Part shown: positions 16,334-26,318 of the stretch, piece after piece
Layout: each line of letters starts with the position of its first letter
Position numbering within the stretch: position 1 is the stretch's first letter
Origin: Haloquadratum walsbyi C23
Lineage (GTDB): Archaea > Halobacteriota > Halobacteria > Halobacteriales > Haloferacaceae
Direction: 5' to 3'
Assembly: GCF_000237865.1 (NCBI RefSeq)
Contig: NC_017459.1
Coordinates: forward strand, 1,470,001 to 1,502,000
Length of the DNA: 32,000 bases
Translations under genes and position numbers: made by a program
Notes under the pieces: model-generated
Database searches by the model: none
Told to the model about the DNA's origin: nothing
What the model saw: the letters and a program-made list of their open reading frames with translations, nothing else

Positions 16334-17053
16334 ATGATTGATACTCCTACCTTACTGATACCCATCGACGTATCGACCTCGGAGGATCCATCACAGACAC
16401 TCGTTGATCTCTTAGAACCACTCCACATCGTCGTACTCGGGTACTATCCAGTACCAAATCAAACGGCGCCTAAACATCTTCAAGCAGCTCATGAGGATGA
16501 AGCGAAGGCTGCGATGGAACCGGTCGTCCGCCGGTTTGTAGAGCAGGGCGCCGATGTCGAGTCGGTGCTGGTATTTACGCGAGATCATATCACGTCGATC
16601 GACCGAGTAGCCAACGAGCACGACTGCGATGCAGTCCTCATTCCAGGGTCCGCCGAAGTTACAAAATTGCGCAATATCCTTGTCTCACTGAACGATGAAG
16701 AGAGTGTGTTTCGGATTCTCTCTGTGGTCGGTGTCCTGTTAAAAGAGACCGATCCCAGCGTCACATTACATCACCCCGAAAGCATCAAGAACGAAAGTGC
16801 TATGTCTGAGCTCATGCTCCGCGGTGCGACTGACTGGCTGAGTGAGCAGGGTCTCAAACGAAATCGTATCACGTGGCGCAATCCGACCGCGGAAACTCAA
16901 CCCCCCGACTTGGTTACGCTAGCTGATGAGCATGAGTTCATCATCATGGGCGAAGAAAAGCCCTCACTCGCCGAGCGCGTCCTCGGCGAACTACCGGAGC
17001 GGATCCATGATCGGACTGGACGAGCGGTCCTCGTGGTCCGCAGGGAGCACTGA
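16334..17053 (+). CDS. Tandem universal-stress-protein (UspA-like) domain protein
   Basis: Two USP-like halves. The second ends in the typical ...VLGELPERIHDRTGRAVLVVRREH. I chose the start at the internal ATG (MIDTPTLLIPIDVS) because the paralog starts at the equivalent place. The ORF is open from 16283. Confidence 0.7.
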   Translation: MIDTPTLLIPIDVSTSEDPSQTLVDLLEPLHIVVLGYYPVPNQTAPKHLQAAHEDEAKAAMEPVVRRFVEQGADVESVLVFTRDHITSIDRVANEHDCDAVLIPGSAEVTKLRNILVSLNDEESVFRILSVVGVLLKETDPSVTLHHPESIKNESAMSELMLRGATDWLSEQGLKRNRITWRNPTAETQPPDLVTLADEHEFIIMGEEKPSLAERVLGELPERIHDRTGRAVLVVRREH

Positions 17054-17058
17054 TTTCG

Positions 17059-17823
17059 ATGTCTAAAAATAGTAACAAACCGTCGGTACTCGTGCCTATT
17101 GACGCTTCGACAGACGAGCAGCCTGACCCGCGACTTCTTGAACTTCTCAAACCTGCCCGAGTCGTTCTTGCCGGCTGGTATCCTGTCCCTCATCAAACAC
17201 CTCCTGAACAGCTCAAACGGGCTCATGAGGATGAGGCAATCGAGTATATCGAAACCATTGCATCTAATCTTCGGGACGACGATACAGCAATTGAGACAGT
17301 TGTTGTTTTTACTCCTGATAAATCAACGACGGTTGACCGGCTTGCTGATGAATACAACTGTGGAGTCGTCTTGGTCCCTAAAGCTGTTAAGCGTGTCAAG
17401 CGTATCCTCGTGCCGATTCGGACTGATATTAATCTCCAGGCTATTCTTTTGCTTGTCGGTGTCTTGCTAATGGATAGTGAAGCAACTGTTACACTCTTAT
17501 ATGTCGCAGAAGCAGACGAGGACACCGGAGCTGGAAAGATTATACTTAGGGGAGCGACCGACGAGTTGCAAGATGCTGGCATCAATCCTGGTCGTATCGA
17601 CACAGTAACGCTTGAATCTGACACTCCTATTAATGATATTGTCGATGCCGCGGTCAATCACGACCTGCTCGTTATTGGCGAATCTGAACCGTCACTAATC
17701 GAGCAAGTTATTGGTGATGTGCCAGGGCAACTCCTTGACCAGACTGACCGACCAGTGTTGGTCGTCCGGAAGCTCTCAACTGGAGAGAAAGGAAATAAAC
17801 ATAGTGAAGAACCACCGGAGTGA
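17059..17823 (+). CDS. Tandem universal-stress-protein domain protein (paralog of 16334-17053)
   Basis: Collinear similarity to the upstream gene (SVLVPIDAST...VVLAGWYPVPHQTPPEQLKRAHEDEA...DRLADEYNCGVVLVP...PVLVVRK). The start is 5 nt after the previous stop. Confidence 0.75.
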   Translation: MSKNSNKPSVLVPIDASTDEQPDPRLLELLKPARVVLAGWYPVPHQTPPEQLKRAHEDEAIEYIETIASNLRDDDTAIETVVVFTPDKSTTVDRLADEYNCGVVLVPKAVKRVKRILVPIRTDINLQAILLLVGVLLMDSEATVTLLYVAEADEDTGAGKIILRGATDELQDAGINPGRIDTVTLESDTPINDIVDAAVNHDLLVIGESEPSLIEQVIGDVPGQLLDQTDRPVLVVRKLSTGEKGNKHSEEPPE

Positions 17824-18074
17824 CCTCAACAATGATCATAGCTACAGTATGTGAAATTAAACAGTATTGTGAATAAAGAAGATATAGATTCGGTCGTGTT
17901 CTCATATTTGCATATCTCACATGAGCAAGCGATTTGATTCAGCCCTACAAGATGCTCATCTGGAACATGCGGAGCGTTATCTCGGTTGATACACTCATTG
18001 TCTTGATCTTGGTAAATAACTCGCTTGACGCATGATCGATTGTAAGTTGTTTGGGTGTCTCACCGGGTGATTAC

Positions 18075-20375
18075 TCAAGATTCGCGAACACTCTCAGCAG
18101 CCTTGACCATATTCGTTAGTGACGGTTCTACCTCAACCCACCGACGTGTTTTAAGACCACAGTCCGGGTTAACCCACATCTGGTCCTCATCAAGCACCTC
18201 AAGCCCATTATAAATGAGATCCTCCATCTCTTCGATGGATGGGATCTGCGGTGAATGGATATCATACACGCCTGGTCCGATGTCGTTCGGATAATCGAGC
18301 TCATCGAAGGAGCCGAGCAGCTCCATTTTCGAGCGGGACGCCTCAATAGATATGACGTCCGCATCCATATCGACGATTGCATCGATAATGTCGGTGAATT
18401 CCGCATAACACATATGGGTATGAATTTGGGTTTCGTCCGCAACCCCACAGGAGGCAAGCCGGAAGCACTCGACCGCCCACTCAAGATACTCAGCCCACTG
18501 GCTTTCGCGCAGTGGAAGCCCCTCACGAAAGGCGGGTTCATCGATTTGGATCGCCTGAATCCCAGCATCTTCAAGATCACGGACTTCATCACGAATTGCA
18601 AGTGAAATCTGACGGCATGTCTCCGCACGGGTCTGGTCGTCGCGCACGAATGACCACTGTAGAATTGTAACTGGACCAGTGAGCATCCCTTTAACCAATT
18701 CGTCTGTCTGTTCGTCGGCGTAAGACAGCCAGCGTACAGTCATCGGCTCCGGACGGCTTACGTCACCTGCAATTATTGGTGGACGTACGCAGCGAGTGCC
18801 ATAACTTTGGACCCATGCGTTCTCGGTGAAAATGAACCCATCAAGTTGACGCCCGAAGTACTCCACCATATCACCTCGCTCGCTTTCGCCATGGACGAGC
18901 ACATCAAGTCCAATCTCCTCCTGTCGCTCGATTGTTTCGGTAATCTGCGTTTCGATGAATGCCTCGTACTTCGACTGAGAAATCTCCTCATTCTTATATG
19001 CTGCCCGCATTTCTCGCATCTCATCAGTCTGTGGGAATGAGCCAATGGTTGTTGTCGGTAGTTCTGGCAGGTCAAACGCCTCGCGCTGAATCTCTCGTCG
19101 TACATCGCGGTTGGAATCCCGTCGCGTCATCGCATCATCAATACCGTCTACACGTTCCTGAACATCCGAATCATTGATCCAGTCGGATTCGGCTCGGTTC
19201 TTGATTGCCTGGCGGCTTCGCTCGAAGAGAGCTTCCGTTCCCGTCTTATCACCGTTCGCACGGTCAGCTAGTGCCACGATTTCCTCAATCTTCCCTGTCG
19301 CGAACGAAAGCCACAATTTCGTATTGTCGTCGAGACCTGGCTCAGCGTCAAGATCGGTCGGCACATGGAGCAGTGAGCATGATGGTCCAAGGATCACTCG
19401 ATCGGAACCAAGAGCGTCAATAGCCGTTTCCACTGTCTCCAGCAGCGTATCAAGATCTGCTCGCCATACATTACGACCATCTACAAGACCAAGCGAGAGA
19501 CTCAATTCGTTGGGGACACCGTACTCAAGCGCGTCATCAAGTTGCCCCTCACCCCGAACAAGGTCAAGATGGAGCGAATCAACTGGGAGGTCTAACGCAG
19601 TCGGGAGATTATCACCAAGCGATTCGAAGTACGTTGCAAGGTGAATATCAAGATCGGTGGCGTTAGCAAGGACCTCATATGCCTCAGTGTAGGCCGCTTG
19701 TTCTTCGTTGTCAAGCTCGAACACAAGAGCCGGCTCGTCAATCTGGACTGCCTGTGCCCCCGTGTCAGCAAGTCGCTGTAGTGCTTCAGTGTATACCGGA
19801 AGTAACTCCTCAAGCAGATCAAGCGCATTAAGATCCTCCGATTGAGTCTTACCAAGTAATAAGAATGATACTGGTCCAATAAGAACAGGGCGCGTATCAA
19901 TGCCCACAGCCTTTGCCTCTTCATACTCATCAATGATCTTCGTTGAAGAAAGGGAGAATTCCGTGTCGCGGGACAGTTCCGGAACGAGATAATGATAATT
20001 CGTATTGAACCACTTGGTCATCTCCATTGCCTGCACGCCGGAGGTATCTCCCTCTAAGTCCTTTTCTTGGATCCCGCGAGCCATCGAAAAGTACGTGTCA
20101 ATATCGACTGTGTCGCCATCCCAAGGGAATCGATCAGGAACCGCACCTACCATCGCGCAGGTATCGAGTACCTGATCATAATATGAAAAGTCATTGCTGG
20201 GAACGAAATCGAGACCAAGTTCGTCTTGTTTCCGCCAGTGTCTTTCACGCAGGTCCGCCCCTTCTGCGAGGAGTTCCTCTTTTGAGCGATCTCCATTCCA
20301 ATACTCCTCGACCGCCCGCTTAAGCTCGCGGTGCGCGCCGATTCGTGGGAATCCCAAATTCGCTGTCGTCGTCAT
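18075..20375 (-). CDS. metE: Cobalamin-independent methionine synthase, two-domain form (5-methyltetrahydropteroyltriglutamate-homocysteine S-methyltransferase)
   Basis: 766 aa. The N-terminus LGFPRIGAHRELKRAVEEYW, the internal TTIGSFPQT, and the C-terminal HTHMCYAEF and NPDCGLKTR zinc/homocysteine-site motifs are typical of full-length MetE. Confidence 0.9.
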   Translation of the reverse strand: MTTTANLGFPRIGAHRELKRAVEEYWNGDRSKEELLAEGADLRERHWRKQDELGLDFVPSNDFSYYDQVLDTCAMVGAVPDRFPWDGDTVDIDTYFSMARGIQEKDLEGDTSGVQAMEMTKWFNTNYHYLVPELSRDTEFSLSSTKIIDEYEEAKAVGIDTRPVLIGPVSFLLLGKTQSEDLNALDLLEELLPVYTEALQRLADTGAQAVQIDEPALVFELDNEEQAAYTEAYEVLANATDLDIHLATYFESLGDNLPTALDLPVDSLHLDLVRGEGQLDDALEYGVPNELSLSLGLVDGRNVWRADLDTLLETVETAIDALGSDRVILGPSCSLLHVPTDLDAEPGLDDNTKLWLSFATGKIEEIVALADRANGDKTGTEALFERSRQAIKNRAESDWINDSDVQERVDGIDDAMTRRDSNRDVRREIQREAFDLPELPTTTIGSFPQTDEMREMRAAYKNEEISQSKYEAFIETQITETIERQEEIGLDVLVHGESERGDMVEYFGRQLDGFIFTENAWVQSYGTRCVRPPIIAGDVSRPEPMTVRWLSYADEQTDELVKGMLTGPVTILQWSFVRDDQTRAETCRQISLAIRDEVRDLEDAGIQAIQIDEPAFREGLPLRESQWAEYLEWAVECFRLASCGVADETQIHTHMCYAEFTDIIDAIVDMDADVISIEASRSKMELLGSFDELDYPNDIGPGVYDIHSPQIPSIEEMEDLIYNGLEVLDEDQMWVNPDCGLKTRRWVEVEPSLTNMVKAAESVRES

Positions 20376-21197
20376 ATATGTTTACTAGTGATTATGTCTG
20401 AAGAGTTCATGCATCGCATCAATATCTGACGGTTATGACCAATTTCATGAGTTGAGAGTGTGTATGACTTAGAACTCCTCAGCGACGTCTCTTCATTTTC
20501 TTTTTTTGCACACATCGATAACGGGGTGTGATACATGTCAAATATTTGACTGAAATTTCATATGATTCAGCATACTTCAATTTTAGGAAATGTTGGATTC
20601 TCGTCCCTGACAGCATATAAAGAAATTGAGAGAGAATACCAAAAGTTCTGAATTTACCATGCTGAGATGTTATCCCGTTCGTGATAACAGACTGTTGAAT
20701 CTGAGTTGACCACGGGATGAGCTGACTGCCGACTATATGATGAGCACGCTTCACAACACAATCAACCGGAGCGCAGGATGGTGATATGGAGAGTGTTGAG
20801 TCAGTTTCCGATTGAGCGTTATCATTGGACTAATTTATCTAAAACTGCCGCCACAGAAAATCCTGCATGAAAAGACGCTATTAGTCAATAATACACATGT
20901 AAAATAATAGATATTAAAATTGAGACCCGATATGAGCAGATCGCTGAGATAGTACGCAAGTGGAGACATTGAGTCTATTAATGGGATTGGTTCGGCATGC
21001 AACGATCGATTGGTTGAACAGGGGGTTGTCGATGTAGCTATGTTGAGTACCTGTTTAGCTAAGCGGTTGAGCGAGCGGATCGATATCTCTTCACAGAGGC
21101 TGTGAGGGTCGAATTGCTGTTCGTCAGCGCACGAATCAAGAGTTTGATTCAATTTGATATTATTCTCCGACCGAGTCGCCAAATGATATCAGCCGGA

Positions 21198-22277
21198 CTA
21201 TAGCGAAATCTCAGTCCCGTTGCCTGCCTCGACTGCCCGCTGATAAATCATCTCGCCCGCTGCGGCATCCAACGTCGCGGATCCAACACTGATGACCGTC
21301 AGTATCTCGTCCGGTGAGTCCCGAACATATCCGTTCGTGAGTGGGACGCCAAGTTCAACCATGTCATCAGCGGTAAGATCACTTACGAGGATATCTCCAG
21401 TTTCGGCGACTTCCTCGGGCACGTCGGCGAACGTCTGTTCGGCACGCTCAAGAACACGAGGATTGAGTTCTTGCATCTCCGCGGTGAATGCACCAACGGC
21501 GACGACAAGAGATCCTGTCTCGAGCGCGTCGGGCGGAAAAACAGGATTGGTCGCTGTCGTCGCTGTCACGACGACGTCAGCACCTACGACAGCCTCCCTG
21601 GGTGTATCGACCGCATGCGCCGGCATCCCTTCCTCAACTAGGTCTGCCGCACATGCCTCCCGCGAGTCACTCGGTGAGTAGATTCGCACATCTGAAAGCG
21701 CTGTGACGGTCTCGATTGCGCGGGTCTGCCAGCGTGCTTGTGCACCTGCGCCTATCACCCCAAGCGTAAGACCATCATCGCCTGATTCCGGTGCCAATGC
21801 TCGAACTGAGACTGCCCCAATGCAGCCGGTCCGAGCGTTTGTGATTGTTGTCCCTGCCATGAACGCCTTCGGGAGACCTGTCCGAGCCTCGGTAAGTATG
21901 ACCTGGGCGTTGATCGTCGGAAGATTTCGCGTTTCATTATCTTCATGTACACCGACAAGTTTCGTCGCGTAGTGGTCTGCACCATAGACGTACGCTGGCA
22001 TCGCAATCCCAGTTCCGATTGGTTCGTCATCATCAAGACCCGCGCCGACTGTGAAATGTGGTCGCTGCGGTCGTTTGACCTTATCAGCAGCCTGTTTAAC
22101 TAATGCGTTATCCACGACATCGACGAGTGTCGCGATATCGAGGTTTCGATCAACTTCCGCTGCGGAAAGCACCAGTACCATGACTGGGGTGTTGGGTCCC
22201 AATATCTTATTACACTCGTCGGCTGGGTGAATAGCATCCTTCTCGGAATCGTCATTGCCGCCGCTGCTGGCGATCAT
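21198..22277 (-). CDS. Ornithine cyclodeaminase / mu-crystallin family enzyme (archaeal alanine-dehydrogenase-like)
   Basis: Rossmann motif LGVIGAGAQARWQ, with TNARTG upstream of it and the overall family layout. The true start may be the internal ATG at 22179-22181 (MVLVLSAAEV), because family members usually begin there. Confidence 0.8.
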   Translation of the reverse strand: MIASSGGNDDSEKDAIHPADECNKILGPNTPVMVLVLSAAEVDRNLDIATLVDVVDNALVKQAADKVKRPQRPHFTVGAGLDDDEPIGTGIAMPAYVYGADHYATKLVGVHEDNETRNLPTINAQVILTEARTGLPKAFMAGTTITNARTGCIGAVSVRALAPESGDDGLTLGVIGAGAQARWQTRAIETVTALSDVRIYSPSDSREACAADLVEEGMPAHAVDTPREAVVGADVVVTATTATNPVFPPDALETGSLVVAVGAFTAEMQELNPRVLERAEQTFADVPEEVAETGDILVSDLTADDMVELGVPLTNGYVRDSPDEILTVISVGSATLDAAAGEMIYQRAVEAGNGTEISL

Positions 22278-22328
22278 GACATGGAATTATCATCGGGACT
22301 TCCGTTTTATCTGCGGTCGAAGCGAATA

Positions 22329-22344
22329 CCCCGAGGCGATTCAC
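22329..22344 (+). repeat. Possible right-end terminal footprint of the IS1341-type element family
   Basis: CCCCGAGGCGATTCAC is identical to 13165-13180, and similarity stops exactly at the same ...TTCAC boundary. Only 16 nt, so chance is not excluded. Confidence 0.25.
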
Positions 22345-22596
22345 GCTGGTCGTGTGAGCGGTGAAAAGCACGATGACATCGCCTCCGTGCTTAACCAAAT
22401 CCGCGAGAATCGCTGAGCAATCATGATGCAATGGAGCGTATCTGCCTCGATCGTAATAATGGCATTTCAGACGGGGTTAAAGCCAACAGCAGTAGATGGG
22501 AGTAATTTGTGAGAGTCAAAAGCGTAGAAAACATACTTATGATACATCGCACATTGCATCCATATCAGCAGTCAGAGCACGAGATAGATATCCGGC

Positions 22597-23559
22597 TTAA
22601 ACGTACAATAGCGGTATCATCACTGCTACTCCGGCAATAACTCCCCCTGCGAGTGCACGGTAACCGCTGTGTTCAAGATCAGCACCAGTTTCGAGAGCCT
22701 CAGGAATAAATTCGGTGACGACTAAATAGATCATTGCACCCGCAGCAAAGCCAAACCCAAACGGAAGGAATGACTCAGCCCAAGTAACGAACGCAAAGGC
22801 AATAACAGCACCAATCGGCTGTGGAAGACTCGAAAATACCGCTGCACCGACCATCCGCCATTTTGAGAGTCCCATCGCTCGCATCGGAATAGCAATTGCA
22901 GTCCCCTCAGGAATATTGTGAATTGATATTGCCACCGTCATGAAGACAGCCAATAATGGTATGGCAATACCGAATATACCTATTCCGCCGTCAAACCCGA
23001 TCTCAGCGAATGAGACACCGATAGCCACACCTTCGGGGAAACTGTGGACGGTCAATATACCGAGAATTAACAATAGCGTTTTTAAATCCCCGTCAGCGAA
23101 TACTTTGGCTTCCAGGGGGTTATCATCGCGTTCTTGTGATTCGATGTCCGGAGTTGCCTCTGGTCCACCATCAGTACCGATATCCGGAGCGGGGTCGGTT
23201 TGTTTATCACCCTCGTCACGAGGATAGCCATCATCTCCATGACCGCTCTCATCAGGACCGGTCGCGTTGATATCAATTCGGCTGAGCACCCGACCTGAGC
23301 CCTCAACTAATGCAACCCCAGTCAAAAGACCAGTCAGCATCAATACCGGAAATCCATCACTGGCGTACTGCATCCCCTCATTAATGAGACCGAATAATGA
23401 CGCTGCGACCATGATTCCGGAGGCAACGCCCCAGAGTCCAACATTCCATCGGTCGCTGAATTCATCTATAAAAAAGAACGGAATCGCCCCCAATCCCGTC
23501 GCCAACGCGGTTGCGAGACCGGCAACGAACACAAGCGCGAGATGGGCTAAGACTACCAT
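22597..23559 (-). CDS. ZIP-family (ZupT-like) divalent metal transporter
   Basis: HSFPEGVAIG and HNIPEGTAIA motifs in adjacent TM helices, 8 TM segments, and a long Asp/Glu/His-rich central loop. Confidence 0.85.
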   Translation of the reverse strand: MVVLAHLALVFVAGLATALATGLGAIPFFFIDEFSDRWNVGLWGVASGIMVAASLFGLINEGMQYASDGFPVLMLTGLLTGVALVEGSGRVLSRIDINATGPDESGHGDDGYPRDEGDKQTDPAPDIGTDGGPEATPDIESQERDDNPLEAKVFADGDLKTLLLILGILTVHSFPEGVAIGVSFAEIGFDGGIGIFGIAIPLLAVFMTVAISIHNIPEGTAIAIPMRAMGLSKWRMVGAAVFSSLPQPIGAVIAFAFVTWAESFLPFGFGFAAGAMIYLVVTEFIPEALETGADLEHSGYRALAGGVIAGVAVMIPLLYV

Positions 23560-23646
23560 ACTAAATTATATTTGTTCTGGATAAAGAATCTTTTGTATAT
23601 GCAATCTATTTTTTGGATAGCCTAAAATTTGGAATAGAGAGATCGA

Positions 23647-24112
23647 TCACCATACCGAGGCTAACTCGACCATCGACAAGAAACATATTGAAGAAACACA
23701 AGACTGAGCAGGGTAAACATCTCTGTAAAAAGACCGCTCTAAAGATAATTGGATGAAGACTTCATCGGCAGGGTCGCCAAGGTATAGATGCCGATACTTG
23801 TTGGTGATAGCCCTGCCGTCGTTAGTGTCAGAATTGTTGCTGACAATGGTTCTGATCCACTCGTGCTGTGTTACGTCCATCACAAAGGTATCGTCCCAAC
23901 TGCCGTCACCGAGGAACTCCAGGAGATTGGCTTGTATGATAACGCATATGATTATGCATGATCATGCTATATCGTCCTTGATCGAACCGAAACGCTCGAT
24001 AGACACTCAGTTGTTCTTGATGCCGAGTTTTCCGCTTGACGATGGCGAAAACGCTGCGGTCACCCTCGCGGGTAATCTCGATGCTGTGTTCTTCCTCTGT
24101 GACAAGCTCTAA
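23647..24112 (-). pseudogene. Gene fragment of unknown family, frameshifted and lacking a start codon
   Basis: My own minus-strand translation gives YELELVTEEEHSIEITREGDRSVFAIVKRKTRHQEQLSVYRAFRFDQGRYSMIMHNH. This runs into a stop. The next frame continues IIQANLLEFLGDGSWDDTFVMDVTQHEWIRTIVSNNSDTNDGRAITNKYRHLYLGDPADEVFIQL (ORF 23647-23883). There is no ATG/GTG/TTG before YELELV in the open frame. Confidence 0.25.
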
Positions 24113-24430
24113 CTCATACCTTATTCGGTAATACGCGACTCGTCACGACGTCAGCACTCCTTTTGATGATCGTTCGAACTGAACAGCTATTAATTGTTGA
24201 TACATACCCGCTCCTCGATACGATTAGTGTAAACCACCGCTTGTTGCTTCTCCCTCGGGTTTGGAGCGTCTCAAAGGACCGACTTCAGCATCACTATCTG
24301 ATGTGATTAGCGACAGCGTTGAGATCGCGACAGCCGAACTTCGAAGCAACTCAACAATGTCCTCAAGGACTAAAATCGAGACATTATGAGACCGGGTTGG
24401 AGACCGGGTTGGAGTCCGAATCCGAATCGG

Positions 24431-26260
24431 CTATTGAGAATCGGTATTTGTTTTGTCATTACTCTCAGCAATCCCAGAATTATAATCATCGTGATAGTCA
24501 TATACGTCAACTGCATGCGCTGGTGTGAGCTTCCCAGCATCAAGATCACGTATTATTGCCTCTCTTTCACGATCAGTTGGAGCGCCGTATCCACCACCAC
24601 CAGGCGTCCGGATGCTGACAATACTCCCCGCAGGTAATGTCCGTGTTAGTTTTTCATCAAGAGTAACTGACTCACCATCTGGGAGGTTGAGAATCGCTGC
24701 TCCAGTGTCACCTGGGTTACCACCAGTGAGCCCGTATGGGTGATGATCATGCCGATCAGCAAGTAAACTGAATGTTGCCTCATGATTGCGTATTTGAATA
24801 TCGCGACGAAGCCCTAATCCACCACGATACTCGCCAGCGCCTCCTGAGTCTGGGCGAAGTGAGTACTGCATCACACGAAGTGGATATGCTATTTCAAGCA
24901 CTTCCGCAGGTGTGTTTAGTGTATTCGACATATGAACATGGACGCCATCAAGCCCATCCTTTCCGGCACGACCACCAAACCCACCGCCTTGGGTCTCATA
25001 AAACGTGTATTGATCTCCATCTCGAGGGTCGGTCCCCCCAAATGTGACATTATTCATTGTTCCCTGTGATCCAGCAATAATCCGCTTAGGCGTCACTTCA
25101 CCGAAGGCACCAAGCACTACGTCTGTAATTCGCTGAGATGTCTCAAGATTCCCGCCAACAACAGCTGCTGGTGGGTCAGGATTAACAACAGTCCCAGATG
25201 GCGTCTCAATAGTGATAGGTCGATAACAACCGTGATTTGGTGGAATATCTGGGTCAGTGAGACAACGAATAGCATAATAGGTTGCTGAGGTCGTCACTGC
25301 CTGCACAGCATTAACCGGACCATCTGTCTGTTCAGCTGTTCCAGTAAAGTCAACATGTACCGTATCACCCTCAATGGTTACTGTAACGGTAATCGTAATC
25401 GATCTATTCCCAGCCCCATCACTGTCAAGAACATCAGAAAATGAGTATTCGCCATCCGGTAGCGACTCAATCTCAGTGCGCATTCGACGCTCAGAGTAAT
25501 TCTTGACTGCGTCAGTCGCTGCGAGGAATGTATCAGAGTCATATCGATTGGCAAGCTCTTGAAATCGCCGTCGACCTGTTTCGTTTGCTGCTTTTTGCGC
25601 ACGAAGGTCTCCCTGTCGTTCATCAGGCGTTCTGACATTCGTTAAGATAAGCTCAAATACATCTGTATTCTGCTCACCAGCTTCAAACAGTTTTACCGGA
25701 GGGATTCGAAGCCCTTCCTGATAGATTTCTGTTGAATTTGCAGCGACACTCCCAGCATATGCACCGCCAATGTCGGCATGATGTGCCCGATTCGCTGCAA
25801 ATCCGATCAGTTCATCACTACTATCAGTATCAGTATCACTGTATATTGGGCTAATAACTGTGAGATCTGGAAGATGAGCACCCCCTGCAAAAGGATCATT
25901 AACTGCAATAGCATCACCTGGATTAAGCTCAGATGGTGGGAATCGCTCGATCGCAGCACGAACTGAAAATGGCATTGCGCCAAGGTGTACGGGAATTGTT
26001 TCTGCTTGTGCAATCATTTGCGCATCACGGTCAAACAATGCACACGAGCAATCCTGTCGCTCTTTGATATTTGGAGAATAACTCGTTCGAATAAGCGTTG
26101 CATTCATCTCTTCACACACAGCAGCTGCTGCATTGCGTGTTACCTCAAGTGTAATTGGATCAATATTAATGTCAGCATCTGAGTTGGTGTTGTCAGCGCC
26201 GGTATCTGTATTGGTATTAGTGTTGGTGTTCATATTTGTCTCTGGATTCATTATTCTCAT
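24431..26260 (-). CDS. hyuB: Hydantoinase B / oxoprolinase family protein (N-methylhydantoinase B-like)
   Basis: DPITLEVTRNAAAAVCEEMNATLIRTSYSPNIKERQDCSCALFD and the rest match the HyuB family. There is an N-terminal NTNTNTNT low-complexity extension, so the exact start is uncertain. Confidence 0.85.
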   Translation of the reverse strand: MRIMNPETNMNTNTNTNTDTGADNTNSDADINIDPITLEVTRNAAAAVCEEMNATLIRTSYSPNIKERQDCSCALFDRDAQMIAQAETIPVHLGAMPFSVRAAIERFPPSELNPGDAIAVNDPFAGGAHLPDLTVISPIYSDTDTDSSDELIGFAANRAHHADIGGAYAGSVAANSTEIYQEGLRIPPVKLFEAGEQNTDVFELILTNVRTPDERQGDLRAQKAANETGRRRFQELANRYDSDTFLAATDAVKNYSERRMRTEIESLPDGEYSFSDVLDSDGAGNRSITITVTVTIEGDTVHVDFTGTAEQTDGPVNAVQAVTTSATYYAIRCLTDPDIPPNHGCYRPITIETPSGTVVNPDPPAAVVGGNLETSQRITDVVLGAFGEVTPKRIIAGSQGTMNNVTFGGTDPRDGDQYTFYETQGGGFGGRAGKDGLDGVHVHMSNTLNTPAEVLEIAYPLRVMQYSLRPDSGGAGEYRGGLGLRRDIQIRNHEATFSLLADRHDHHPYGLTGGNPGDTGAAILNLPDGESVTLDEKLTRTLPAGSIVSIRTPGGGGYGAPTDREREAIIRDLDAGKLTPAHAVDVYDYHDDYNSGIAESNDKTNTDSQ

Positions 26261-26318
26261 CTCATATGGCTGTGAGGATGGATATGATGGGAATATCGGA
26301 TGAGCTCTCTCATACAGT

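Noticed and set aside
20479-21182. ORFs 20479-20754 and 20835-21182 (minus strand) as genes
   Set aside because: Their composition is non-acidic and Cys/Ser/Ile-rich, unlike all confident genes here. They lie in AT-rich sequence with no recognisable motifs.
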